A stretch of DNA of 64,000 bases, taken from Thalia democratica (taxonomy: Eukaryota). Numbering within the stretch: the first letter of the stretch is position 1; every line of letters begins with the position of its first letter. Positions 36,824 to 48,609 of this stretch are shown in pieces. The notes under the pieces are model-generated. The model worked only from the letters and a program-made list of their open reading frames with translations. It searched no databases and was not told the DNA's origin. The translations under genes and the position numbers were made by a program. The stretch spans positions 16,182,001-16,246,000 of the forward strand of contig OZ241833.1 in the NCBI GenBank assembly GCA_965202585.1, written 5' to 3'.

Positions 36824-39800
36824 ATTTATACTAAAAGAAAGAGCTATTAAGTAAAATTTTCATCTTCTGTATTCTAGAGACTTTAAGCCAAGTTTCATCA
36901 ATAATTCTTGAATTGATATTTTATGTATATTGCAAAGGTTACATAACAAACTTGTAACGTTTCTTTGTATTGCTTTAATACTTTGAATATATTTTTTAAG
37001 AATGAAAGCTGTTGAAATATTTACAAGTTGTTGTTGTTAAAATGAAATAAACTAAAGCTTTAAGAATGCAAAAATAAAATGAAAAATGAAAAAATAAGGT
37101 ATTTTAAAAACTTGTACTTTAAAAATTGAAAATTTATTAATATTATAACTATAGTTAATAGTTTAATATTAATTTAGTCAATGGTTTATAACTAACAGGC
37201 TTTTTCGTACACTAGGTTTTTTGTACAAACTTTTTTAGGGTATTTTTTTCATTCAATAAACAGTAATAATTATGTTTATATTATAAATTGATCAATGGAA
37301 AAGTCTGTGAAATAAATTCTTGATGTTCATTGTTCATATTATAACAGACAGGAGCAACACAACAGTGAATACTAAACTCTTTTTGTAAAATATATTATTA
37401 AATGAAACTTTTTCTATTTCACATAACAAGCGAAGTATGTGCAACCACGCTTAAAAAAGCCTAAAGCTTCCCCTGCAATAATAATATACCAAACAATTTA
37501 ACCCTTGTAAAACAAAAAAAAAACCTGTAAATGAAGAAACGAATAATGCCCACGAGTTAATAACTGGTTTTGGAAAGTAGCCTCATTTACAAAGCTACAA
37601 TAAAAACATACAACACAAAAAAAAAAGTAAGGTCGACTAGTATAACATTTAAAAACATTATACCACAAAACACAGTTTAACAGTAAACAAAAAAATGTTG
37701 CGCAAAACAATTAAGCCGTATATGGAATTTAAAAGGTATAAAAAATACGACTTAAAACGGAAAAAAAAGTCTAATTAAAACTAAATCAAAAAATTATAAA
37801 ACTTGTAAACTATGCAGCTTAGAGAAGTTTAACATTGAAAAAATAAACAGAGACACATCGAAAAACATAAAAAAAAGATACAAAAACACTGTCTGTAAAA
37901 ACGAAACGTTTATCTATTAAAAGGCACAACCAAACCTACTAATTCAATAAAAAAGTAAATTTTCTGACTGTCTAACATATTTACTAATTTTTCCTTTTCA
38001 TTTTTCTTTTCAGAAGTCGCACATGCTCCACAAAACCAGTATAAACACGCTTTTGGTTATGCTGTACTTAACATTTTATCGCATGTATAATATTATTTAA
38101 AAAACTACCAGAGCTAAAATAGAAATTATTTAAGAGTATAATTGCTTAAATCTTTTTTTGTAAAACCTATTCTTATTGTGCAGCGAATATCATACTTTAT
38201 TAAGAGTCATCTTCCTCTTAAGTACATATCTCATGGTTGCTTGCTAAAATAAAAAGTTTTTAAATAATACAATTCTGAGTTTTAAAAGTTTTACAAAACA
38301 TCTATTTAAGTTTTTTTATGGGTTAGAATAGAAATGGGAAAATAGATATGGATAGCTATATTAGAATTGATTAAGAGAGTTATAAAGTCCCATGATGACA
38401 AACGTAAGTACTAAGAACACTTAGTTGTTAAGACCAGAGAAATTTTCAGCATGCTTAATTTACAACATTTTGGTAGCACGTAAAAATTATTTTAGAAAAT
38501 AAATAAATCATACACAGTCAACTTACAATCAGATAAAACCTAGAGTTTTTTTTTGTTTTACACCAAGTTGTGAGGTTGGAAAAGTATAGGAACTTTTTAG
38601 TAGTTAACTTTATAGAAAGTTTTGACTAATCTTAAGATAAAAATTTTCCAATCGCAAATAAATACTAAACTGTAAAACAACAAAATATATTTCAACCCAA
38701 TATATAAATATATTTATAACTGCAAAATTTATTTAACAGTGCAAAAACTTTTCACAAAACAAAAACAACTGTTTATGATTTAATAATACAACACAGTTTT
38801 GATATGATAAAATTTTAAAAGCATTTTTTCGATAAGAATGTACTAAAAAGTTGTCAAAAGTTGATTCGAGTTACGGACATCCTCATTTTAAAGTTTGAAT
38901 AAACACTCTAAAAATTCATATTGTAAAAAGATCAATTGGAAAGGAGACTCTCAATAAACTTAAGTTTTACAATTGTTGTATTTTATAAAAATTTTTTACA
39001 CTTAATAATTTGTTTTTGTTTATCACTATGAATGCTTAGGAAACTAAGTTAGCGGAAAAGTTAAATAAATATCACTAAAAAGTTGAAAATAGTACATAAG
39101 TTACAACTTTTTTAATAGAGCTAAATTTTGTTAAATATAAAGACTAAATAATTTCAAACACTTAGAATTGCGCACCTCGAAAGAATATTTTCTGTCATTT
39201 AAAAAAGAAGCAGGTATCGGTATTTGCTTGTAAATATTAAATGTAAATAAATTTGTTGAAATAAGAGTGTTTATTAATAATGTAATATATAGACTATGCT
39301 TTACAACAAGTAAATTTTTTTAACAAAATAAAATAATATCTTTTGGTTTTAATGACAGACAGCCCTAAAACTACATCATTTATTATGATTAAGTTTTAAA
39401 ACTAGACAAGATCTTAATAATGAAAAAAAAACTGCTAAAGATATTCAATGTTAATTGATTTTAGTAGACTTATTTTCAATATTTTTTTTCTAGTATTTAA
39501 TTCAAATATATCTTTTAGAACAAAACTGTTTTTGGATATATATAGTTTATAAAACTTTTTACTAAAGCTTAATCTTTAACTCGGTGTCTACAATAGGCAA
39601 TATAATTACTAATTTAGATTTAAATTCTTAAAAAACAAAGTTTCTACTGTTCATTTAAAAAGTTTTTCAGCCAAAAACTTTAATTGCTTTAATATTTGCT
39701 TGTTATTTCTTATTAGTTTTAAAATACTTTATTTTATATCTTTTAGCTCAATTTTGAAGAGTGTAAACATTATATAAGAAGTAGTTCAAGTATAGTTTAA

Positions 39801-40197
39801 GTACTTTAAAAACTGTTTTTGCAAGTTTAAATCATAAATTTATTATGATGTTTTAACTACAGTATACTACAAAATGGAAAACTTTGCTATAACTTGTACA
39901 AGTTTAATCAAAAATGACAGTATAACTATATATATTAAGATAGTTCACTATTTTTAAAATTTTAACCGCATTTTACTTTAAAAATGCTTAATGCTATGTT
40001 GAAAAGTTTTATGCAGCAAAAACTTACTTGTTTTAGGAATTTATAGTATTTTTTTAGGTTGTATTAAAGCAGACTTTCGCAATGTTTTTTCAAAAATAGT
40101 TTATTTTGAATATTCATAAAAAAAATAATTCTAAATATTATAGTTTATTATAGACTAATTTTTTTTTTTTGACGAAACATATATATATATATATATA

Positions 40198-41025
40198 CAG
40201 TACACTACCGCTTAAGTACGCAAATTGAACCCGACCAAAAAGTGCGTACTTAGCACGGGTAGTGCGTACTTTTTGACGATATAGTATAATATGAAATTTA
40301 GTTGTTTGTTTTCTTTCTTACAACTAGCCACCAAATAATTAAGCCAAATAAACAAGTCATTTATTTCAAATAACATTTAAAACATAATTCTTATTTGCAA
40401 ATTTTTTTAATAGATTTTAAAATGATTTATTTTTTCTATAAAAAGCTTCTACATAATTAATACATACATTTAATACAGAAAGTCAATGTCAGTCAATGAT
40501 TAAAAAAAAATATTAAGCTACATTTTGTTTTGTTAGAGGGAAAGTACCAAACTACTTTGTGTTTACCAAACATTTTTAAAACATCAATCTTTGTACATTT
40601 AAGTTAAATTATGACTTAACTATTTTGTATATGTAGGTTTTTTTAACTTTGTCATCTATATTTATTTATTTTATAGCATTACAGCTCAAATATCATTATT
40701 CTTTTTACTTTTCTGCAACCACAACATAAATATTTAGTTTGTTAAGATTTAATAACAGGACTGTCACAATCTCAGGCCACTTGGCCTACTCAGGATTACT
40801 CACCCTAGTTTAAAAGTTGTGAAAGTATCAGGCTAACTCAGCAGGTTGGCCATTCTACCTGGAAACATAAAATAATCTGGAAAAACTTGATGATTGAAAA
40901 TTTAGGCAAAAAAACTGGAATTTCTTGAAGTTCTAGTATAATATCTTTTACTTTGTCTTTCTTGATAAGTGCGTACTTAAGGCGTGATGCGTACCAAAAA
41001 AAGTGCGTACTTAAGCGGTAGTATA

Positions 41026-41028
<3 letters not shown>
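40198..41028. mobile_element. Tc1/mariner (pogo-like) MITE in a (TA)n tract
   Basis: TIR CAGTACACTACCGCTTAAGTACGCA / TGCGTACTTAAGCGGTAGTATACTG (1 mismatch in 25), with TA repeats on both sides and repeated subterminal AAGTGCGTACTT. Confidence 0.9.
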
Positions 41029-41058
<30 letters not shown>

Positions 41059-41061
<3 letters not shown>

Positions 41062-41177
41062 TATTGAACGACAAAAAAATACGCTTAAAATAATTGGTCT
41101 TAGGACCTGGTGCACGAAAAAACCTTTCGGCTATCGAGTCGCACATCACGGATACCTTTTAACGTCTTGTCCAATAC
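41059..41177 (-). repeat. About 120-bp interspersed repeat (SINE-like), copy 3
   Basis: Matches 19881-19992. Its AATAAAC end abuts the (TA)n tract. Confidence 0.75.
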
Positions 41178-42439
41178 TGTAATTATGTTTAGTTGTTTTT
41201 TTTAAAACTTGGTTTGTAACTAAAAATAAATATTGCCCTATCATCATTCAAAAGTACTTAACAGAGGTTAAACTATTAAGTTTCATTACATTAACATTTT
41301 GACTTTTACAAATGAAGTAACACTTTGATATCAAAATTTCCAGTAGTTTGTTTTTATATAATGAACATTACACTATAAATATTATTAACTAAAATATATG
41401 AACAATTTTTATTTATGTTAATACTTATCTTTATTATAATAAAAAATGCTACAACAAAGCATTAATAACAACCATCACTTTATAATGTACTTTTTTTTAA
41501 ACTTAAATGTGTTTTTTTAAAGAAATTTAGTTTTGTTTTACCCTATTTAAAAAAGCTTTGATCATCCTCTGAACTATAGTAGTGTAAAAGTTTTTCATTT
41601 GTTTTCGTTTTAAATACATAAGATACTTAGTACAATAGACAACTTCAAATATTTTTTTAATTAGAAACTTATTTTGAAGATAATTAAACTAGCATTTGTA
41701 TTTTTTGATTATAATTCTGATTTAAATAGTGAGAATTCCTTAACTTTTGACAATATTTTACAATATTTTATTTATCACGTGAACAGCCTAGAATTTTTCC
41801 ATTTTTAATAAGTGAGACTCTACAGATTTAATTACAATTGTAACTAGTTAGATTATGAAAAATTATTTAGTTTGTCTAAAACTACTAATTAGTTTAATGA
41901 GAAAATAAATAAGCGTATGTAGGTTTAATTAATGACTACAAACGCTTGTTTTGTTTTTGCAAAAAAAGTATTTTGCAAAAAAGATTTTATTATTTTTTTA
42001 ATTTTATCAACTTACTATATTTTAAAACTAATTTTAGCCATATATCTAAAAACATTTATAATAAAAAAAGGATCTGTAAATATTAATTAGACCTACATAC
42101 CTACTTTATATTTTTTACATTTATGTTTAACATTTTGAGTTATGGCCCTTAATTTTTTTCTTTTAAAGTTTAAATTAAAACCTTTCGGAGTTTGAGTTGG
42201 CAAACTTGAATTGTCATGCACCTAGTCTAACGATGTAACTATTTTAAATATCTTAAGCTTGCCGAACAAATAGAAAAAAGTTTATACTTACCCTTAGTTA
42301 ACTTGGGTAGTAATTCTAAGTTCTAAGTATTTTAATGATAATTTAAGTAATTTGATAGTTTATATAGAAATTCCAAAGTCCAGTTAACTTAACTTAAACA
42401 ATAAGCACAATTTATCAGGAAACAATTTTAAATCAGACA

Positions 42440-44560
42440 AACTTGTTTAAATTAACTTGATTAAATTTTTTCGTCACCGACAAACTAATGCTTAATAAGT
42501 ATAATGAAGCTTTGAAACGATTTAAAAGATAATCCAAATGTAGTATTAAATAAAGTAGATAAAGAAAACATAGTTGTAATTTTAAATAAGGCTGATTATA
42601 TTGAAAAAATGATGTTAATTTTAAATGACAGTTCAACTTTTTTAAAACTTCCACAAATCGATAAATTTGATCATACAAGTGAAATTGAAAACAGCATTCA
42701 GAGAAAACTGAGAAGTTGGTTTTTAAAAGCTCTAACATCAAAAGAAGTGAATGAATCAACCAGACATATTGGTTCATAGCGCCCTAAGTTATATGGACTC
42801 CCAAAAACACACAAAAAATAAATTACACTTAGACCCATCTTATCTATGACTAAATCACCACAGTCAAATTTATCTACCTTTTTAATTTCTGTATTAGAAC
42901 CAGTACTAGAAAAATTCTCAATTCACACAGTACCTGATTCTTTTAGTTTTTTTTGATAAACTTAAAAGCTTAAATCTTTCCCAACTAAACAACTTTATGG
43001 TCTCGTTTGACATAAAAGGTTTGTTTACAAACGTTCCACTTGATTAAGTGTTAACAATTTGTTTAGATCAATTATACAATTCTGACTTACTTTCACCTCC
43101 TTTCCCAAAATCTGTTTGTAATGAAATATTATGTATGTCCACGAAGAATGTACAATTTAGCTTTAATAATCTCATGTTTCGTCAAATTGACGGCGTAGCA
43201 ATGGAAAGCCCTTTAAGTCCTATTCTTGCTAATATTTTTATCGGTTATTAAGAAAATAGTCTTCTTTCATTAGATAACAGTAAGCCACTTGCGTAATATA
43301 GGTATGTCGATGATGTTTTTGCTATTTTCCCTTCTAAAAACAATGTCAATAACTTTGCTAAATAAGATCACAAATGCATAGGTTTTACCGTTGAAGAAGA
43401 AGTTTCCGGAAAGATTCACTTCTTAGACATAAACATTACTAGAAACAGCAACAACACCTTTCCTACTTCTGTTTACAGAAAAGAAAATTTTATTCCACAC
43501 TACATTTACTTAAATTCGTTTTGCCCCACCAAACAAAAATTGAAGATCATAAAAAGCATAACCAACAGAGCTATTAAAGTTTGTTATAGCTCGGCTGACT
43601 GTTTGGATTTAGAATTGAACAATATTTACAATTTTTTTCTCTCACTAGGTTACACCGAAACAGTCATCAAGAAGAAAATTAAGGCAACTCAGTCCAAAAT
43701 CAACCGCTTACCCTCTTTCGGCCCACATCCTTGCCCAGTCTACCTCCGCCTTCCTTATATGGGTGAAAACTCAATAAGGTTGGCTAAGCAAGCTTCATTA
43801 AGCTATAAAATCCACCTTTAACAGTGTTTCGCTACGTATTGTGTACAACACCAACCGCCCGCTTAACAGAATTGTGAAAGATGTCACACCTACTCATGAT
43901 TTAAATAATCTAGTATACATATTTAAATGCCATTACGGGAATGACTACGTGGGTCGAACATCTCAACGTTTCCATGTCAGGCGAGAGCAGCATGTCACGA
44001 AAAAGCTAAAAAGGTTTATTTTTAATGACGACGTTAAGCCAAAAGGTGAACAATCATCCATCCATGAACACATTCTCATTAATCCTATTTGTGCTGAGAA
44101 CTACCTGGATAGTAGATTTGAAATTCTATCTAGAGCGAGAAACTCTCACCATCTCTCAGTTCTGAATCATTGTTTATTAAAACTCGCGAGCCGAAAATTT
44201 GTAAACAACGAGATTTCTACAATTTAAAACTTTATAGAAAGCGTGTTTTTAGTATTATTAGTGTCGTTTTTTGTCGTATTTTGTAGTGTACTTTTAAATT
44301 TAGTTTCAAGTAAAATTTTTACTAACTTAATTTTTTTTGTTTTAACAGTTTTGTCTTGTAAATAACTTCAAATCAGCAAAGTATTCTTAACTGTAATTTA
44401 AACCTTTTAAATAGACTTTTACACTTAACTCGTTATGGCGTAAGTATTTTTAGCTAGATATTTCAAAATAATTGTATATAACTAAATTTACACTATATTC
44501 TTATCAGTTTTTAGCAAGATTATTCTGATGACGCGCTAAATGAAATTAATTAATAAACTT
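42440..44560 (+). mobile_element. Decayed Penelope-like retroelement (RT + C-terminal GIY-YIG endonuclease)
   Basis: Broken frames give KVDKENIVVILNKADYIEKM, RPKLYGLPKTHK, LRPILS, SFDIKGLFTNVP, QIDGVAMESPLSPILANIF, YRYVDD (43303-43314), HFLDI, LRLPY and LVYIFKCHYGNDYVGRTSQRFHVRREQH. Several stops and frameshifts are present. Confidence 0.92.
44525..44557 (+). ncRNA. Degenerate minimal hammerhead ribozyme core at the 3' end of the Penelope-like element
   Basis: CTGATGA-CGCGCTAAAT-GAAA-TTAATTAA-TA, overlapping AATAAA. The catalytic boxes and a palindromic stem III are present, but stems I and II pair poorly. Confidence 0.45.
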
Positions 44561-45879
44561 TTTCAAATGAGTGACTTATGTTTAAATTTTTGTGTTAATT
44601 TTATTTCAAAAAAAGCCTCAAAATTGTTTCAAAAGTGAAAACATATTTTATATTTTCTTTTATCAACTTTTACGTACGCTATTAAAAAGCATATATTATA
44701 TCTGTTCAATTTTCATTTTATTCTAAGATAAACAAGACCTCAAACTGAAAGGCAAATATTAAAAATTTCAAACAGGTTAAAATAAAAAAAATATATATTA
44801 AGCAGAGCAGTAATAGCAGCAGGAGCGGTAGCAGCAAGCGCTGCTGTGGGCGTGTTTTCTAGCAAGGGAAATGCCCTTTCTATTGAAGGAAAACACTGCA
44901 CCTTTCAAACGATTGTATTGTGTTGCGCATTGTGGCTCACAGCAACTGAGGTATATTCAATGGTGAGTTCGGCTACGTTCTACGCCTTCCTTAAAGGCGC
45001 TGTGGTATTTTTAAAAAATTTTATGAAATAGACGCTCAGCCTACCAAACTCGAAGAATTCTAATTGATTAATGTTTTTTTCTTTGAATAAAAAATACATA
45101 TTAGATATCGTACTTTAAAAAAATTAGTTTCATATGAACATATTGCAAAACGACAGTCTCGCTAAGTGTAACTGTATTTAATGTCGGAAAAATTAAAAAT
45201 TTTACAAATTACCATATTTTATGGTCATCATAAATTAGAATGTTTAAAGTTTTGTGGTTATAATTTTTATAAAAGAAGTTTGTTTTTAAGCTTTAATGTA
45301 AAGAAGTAGGGTTTGTTGAGTTGACTTTTATTTTTGTTCTTTAAGTATTTTAATAGTAGTTCGACAGAAATATCTTCAAAACAATAATGAAGGTAATTTT
45401 TAAAGCATTTTAGTCCAATTATATTAGTGTTGCTAAAAGGTTTATCATAAATTAACAGTAGTAATTGTGTGTAACAAAAGTATAAAGTTATACTTTACTC
45501 CCAACTTAGAGCAATTATAAGTTTAATTTACATTAAAGTTCTGGTTTTATTGTCTCGCCTGGGATTAACGAAATCTTAATAAAGCACGAACTAGAATACT
45601 AAAAAAAACTTTATGCTAAAGTTGTTGTAAAGTAGACATACATCTAATATTTTTTTAACATATTTTATTTATTTTTAATTATTTTACAACAATCACTAGT
45701 CTTTCAGATACTTTGTACTTTATTACTTATGCATTTTATTGATAAAGATTTACTCATGGTGTTAATACTATGCGTGTTTCAAATACTTTGATTATATCAC
45801 TGGCTACGTAGTTTAAACTTTTTTTTTGGTAGTACATCTGGTCATCTGTCAACTATTCTTCCCATTAAATGTTAATTAT

Positions 45880-46230
45880 CTAATAAATAAACGTTGTCTT
45901 AGAATAAAAAGTAAGGACACGGACAGAATTTATATAGGCTCAATAGGGGATAGTTTTGAAGGTAGGAACTCTGGTCAGAGACATATTTTTAAAGTCATAA
46001 ATAACAAACAAAGTGTTTGTTTGTCAGATTAAGTGTGGAACTATTTTCACTAATATAGGAAATGACCAAAATGGAAATTAAACGCAGGTTTTGGAATGAA
46101 AAGTATCCCAAACTGTGTGAGCAAAATTTGTGAAACATGCACCTTAAAAAGAGCAGCAGTTTCATCAGAAGATAAAGAACAAAAGGCATGATTATTGAAC
46201 ACTTGCCACACAAATAGTAAGTTTTATAAA
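45880..46230 (+). pseudogene. Second Penelope-like GIY-YIG endonuclease remnant (different subfamily)
   Basis: RIYIGSIGDSFEGRNSGQRHIFK...CLSD*VW...PKW...SKICETCTLKR...LLN..CH resembles the YIG..F..R...H...F...LS..W...W...CxxC...LLN...CxH tail of PLE endonucleases. Stops are present. Confidence 0.5.
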
Positions 46231-48222
46231 GATTATTTGTTTTGGATTAATATGCTTTACCGTAATTTGTTCTAAATTCAGTGAATGTTTGTAAAAGTTA
46301 TTTTAGTTGTAAGTTTATTATATAGTTAATGGTTATCTTTAGTTAGTACAAAAACGTTAAAATATCGTTCGATAAGTTCTTGTGAAGATGCTTACCTTCT
46401 ATATCTATGGTGACGTAGTTATTTTCCAAAAAGTAAAATCATACAACTTTTGTTTACAGTTTGCATACTTTGGAAAAATATGACTTTTTTTAACATGTTA
46501 TATAACATGACATGTAGTTTTTTCATATACAACTTTCAATACTTTATTTGATAATAGTTTTTACGCTAAGTTACTTTATATTGTATAATTGTACTCCTGT
46601 TTCTAAATTAACATTTTACTTTGATTGTTCAAATCTATAACTTACTTTATAATGCTTATTTTATATAGGTTTTTTATATTTTGTTTTTATTTATAAATAA
46701 GTGTTTATATTGAAAAATATATATTACATATTGAGACAGTTACTAAATTTCATCGCTGATCAGCTTATAGTGAATATGTCTAATAACTAAATACATATTA
46801 AGACAATTTTTGCATGCTTTTTTTATAATTTAAGATAATCTTCACCGAATATGTAGAGCTTTTTGTACTTTATGAGTAGTGAAACGTCGTCAGTCTATTA
46901 GAGTACAAAAAAAGTTGTTTTTTTTTTACTATTTTGTTTTTTATTACGACTTTATATAGCTATACTGAATTTTTATAACTATTAAAATTCAGTTAAAAAT
47001 GAAAAAAAGTATTAATGTAATCTTAAATAGTGTTTTAAAAGACTTTACGGTTGATAATCTTAATAGATTGTTTTAAATCACTAAAATGTACTGAATTTAA
47101 AAAGTTATGTTACCGGTATTTTGTAAATAAGTTTGGAATGTGCAGGTAATTTGTAATCTAAAGGTTTCTTAATTTGCTGCATACCAAAAAAAAAAGAAAA
47201 TATTATGTAACGATAGTTACGTATGTATTATATAAAACAAATACTTTTTACAGGCACTCTTTTACAGTTTATAACTGTGAAATAAAAATACGAACTCAAA
47301 AAAAAAAAATAAAGCATTTTTTTGATATAACGGTCAATAAAATTAATAAAATTCATCGTCTTTCTTAATTTTTTACACTTTAAAGATGCTTAGTTTTTAA
47401 TCAGTTTACAGTTATCTTAATTAGTTTTTACTTTCACTGAAACACTTATAAACTCTAACATTCTTAATTTTATGAATTAAGATATCATGACAATAAAATA
47501 AATAAGCAGGTAAGTTAAAAAGTTCGATGAAAACAAAATAATAATTTCGATTTGTAAAATTTTACATGAAGCATGAAATTTCGTTTACACTAATTTAAGT
47601 TCTTATCGTACCACCTTTGTAAGAAGGAACACTTTAAATTAGCTTACAAACAATATTGCCTAAAAAGATAGCGTAAACATTTGTTTGCCACTAAGATATA
47701 AAAATAAATATAACGTGAAATAAAAAAGCACTCAAGTAAAATTAAGGAGAGCAAATGAAGTAAACACAAAAATATTTTCGTCAAAAAAATATTTTTTAAG
47801 ATGTGCAGACAAATTAAAAAAAACAAATTTACAGATAAGTAAACATTGTTTAAATAGTTAAGTATACGTACATTACAGTAGTTTCACGTACAGAAATTGA
47901 AACTAGCGAGATTGAAAAGTAAATAAAAAAAAATAAATAAGTTAAAATAAGACAAAAAATTTCAACTGCCTGCTAAAAATAATGTTTAGTTTACAAGATG
48001 ATTTGAAAAGCTATTATGTATTCAGTATATACAAAATATACTAACTGTTTACAAATAAATTAAAGTATGAATGATTAAAGTTACAGTCACTTTGAGATTA
48101 CTGCGTTTTGAATGCGGTATAAATATAAAACCATAAAAGTTAAAATTTTATTTTAAACAGCATCAAACTAACAGCTCAAATAGATAAAATTTTGCAGCTT
48201 TTTAACTTTTTTCAGCTATAAA

Positions 48223-48609
48223 TCAACAATTTTTATAAGGAGTACTAGAAGAAACTAAGGTATTAGAATCAATTTGTTTTGATGAGGTTTTAGCCAAATT
48301 AGTTAATGCTGCTACATTTTTTATAATTTCGTGCTCATGTACCTGACTTGAGCTTTTAATATTTGTACTAGTTTCTACTACCTTAAAAATTTTATTTTTT
48401 ATTCGCTTGATGGTGTTATAGTCCGTAAAAGTTTCACAAGCTTGTTGGAGTTCATCGAAGGCTTTAGAAAACACCTTGTTGTGATCTTCTTGAAAATCAA
48501 TCAAAATTGATAAATCTTTTCGAATTTCTTTTAAATTGTCACGTATAGAATTTGGTGTTTTCAAGTCAAAATGTATGGATTCCTCGTTTGTAAAGTTTTC
48601 ATCAAATAC
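48223..48609 (-). CDS. Uncharacterised 1134-aa PLDLS-motif protein, exon 8 (terminal; predicted helical segment)
   Basis: Acceptor TCTAAG|GTA TTT GAT, phase 0. Reads VFDENFTNEESIHFDLKTPNSIRDNLKEIRKDLSILIDFQEDHNK...PYKNC*. Confidence 0.72.
   Translation of the reverse strand, partial: VFDENFTNEESIHFDLKTPNSIRDNLKEIRKDLSILIDFQEDHNKVFSKAFDELQQACETFTDYNTIKRIKNKIFKVVETSTNIKSSSQVHEHEIIKNVAALTNLAKTSSKQIDSNTLVSSSTPYKNC

Noticed and set aside
42433-42777. Minus-strand 114-aa ORF
   Set aside because: Antisense shadow of the Penelope RT N-terminal region.
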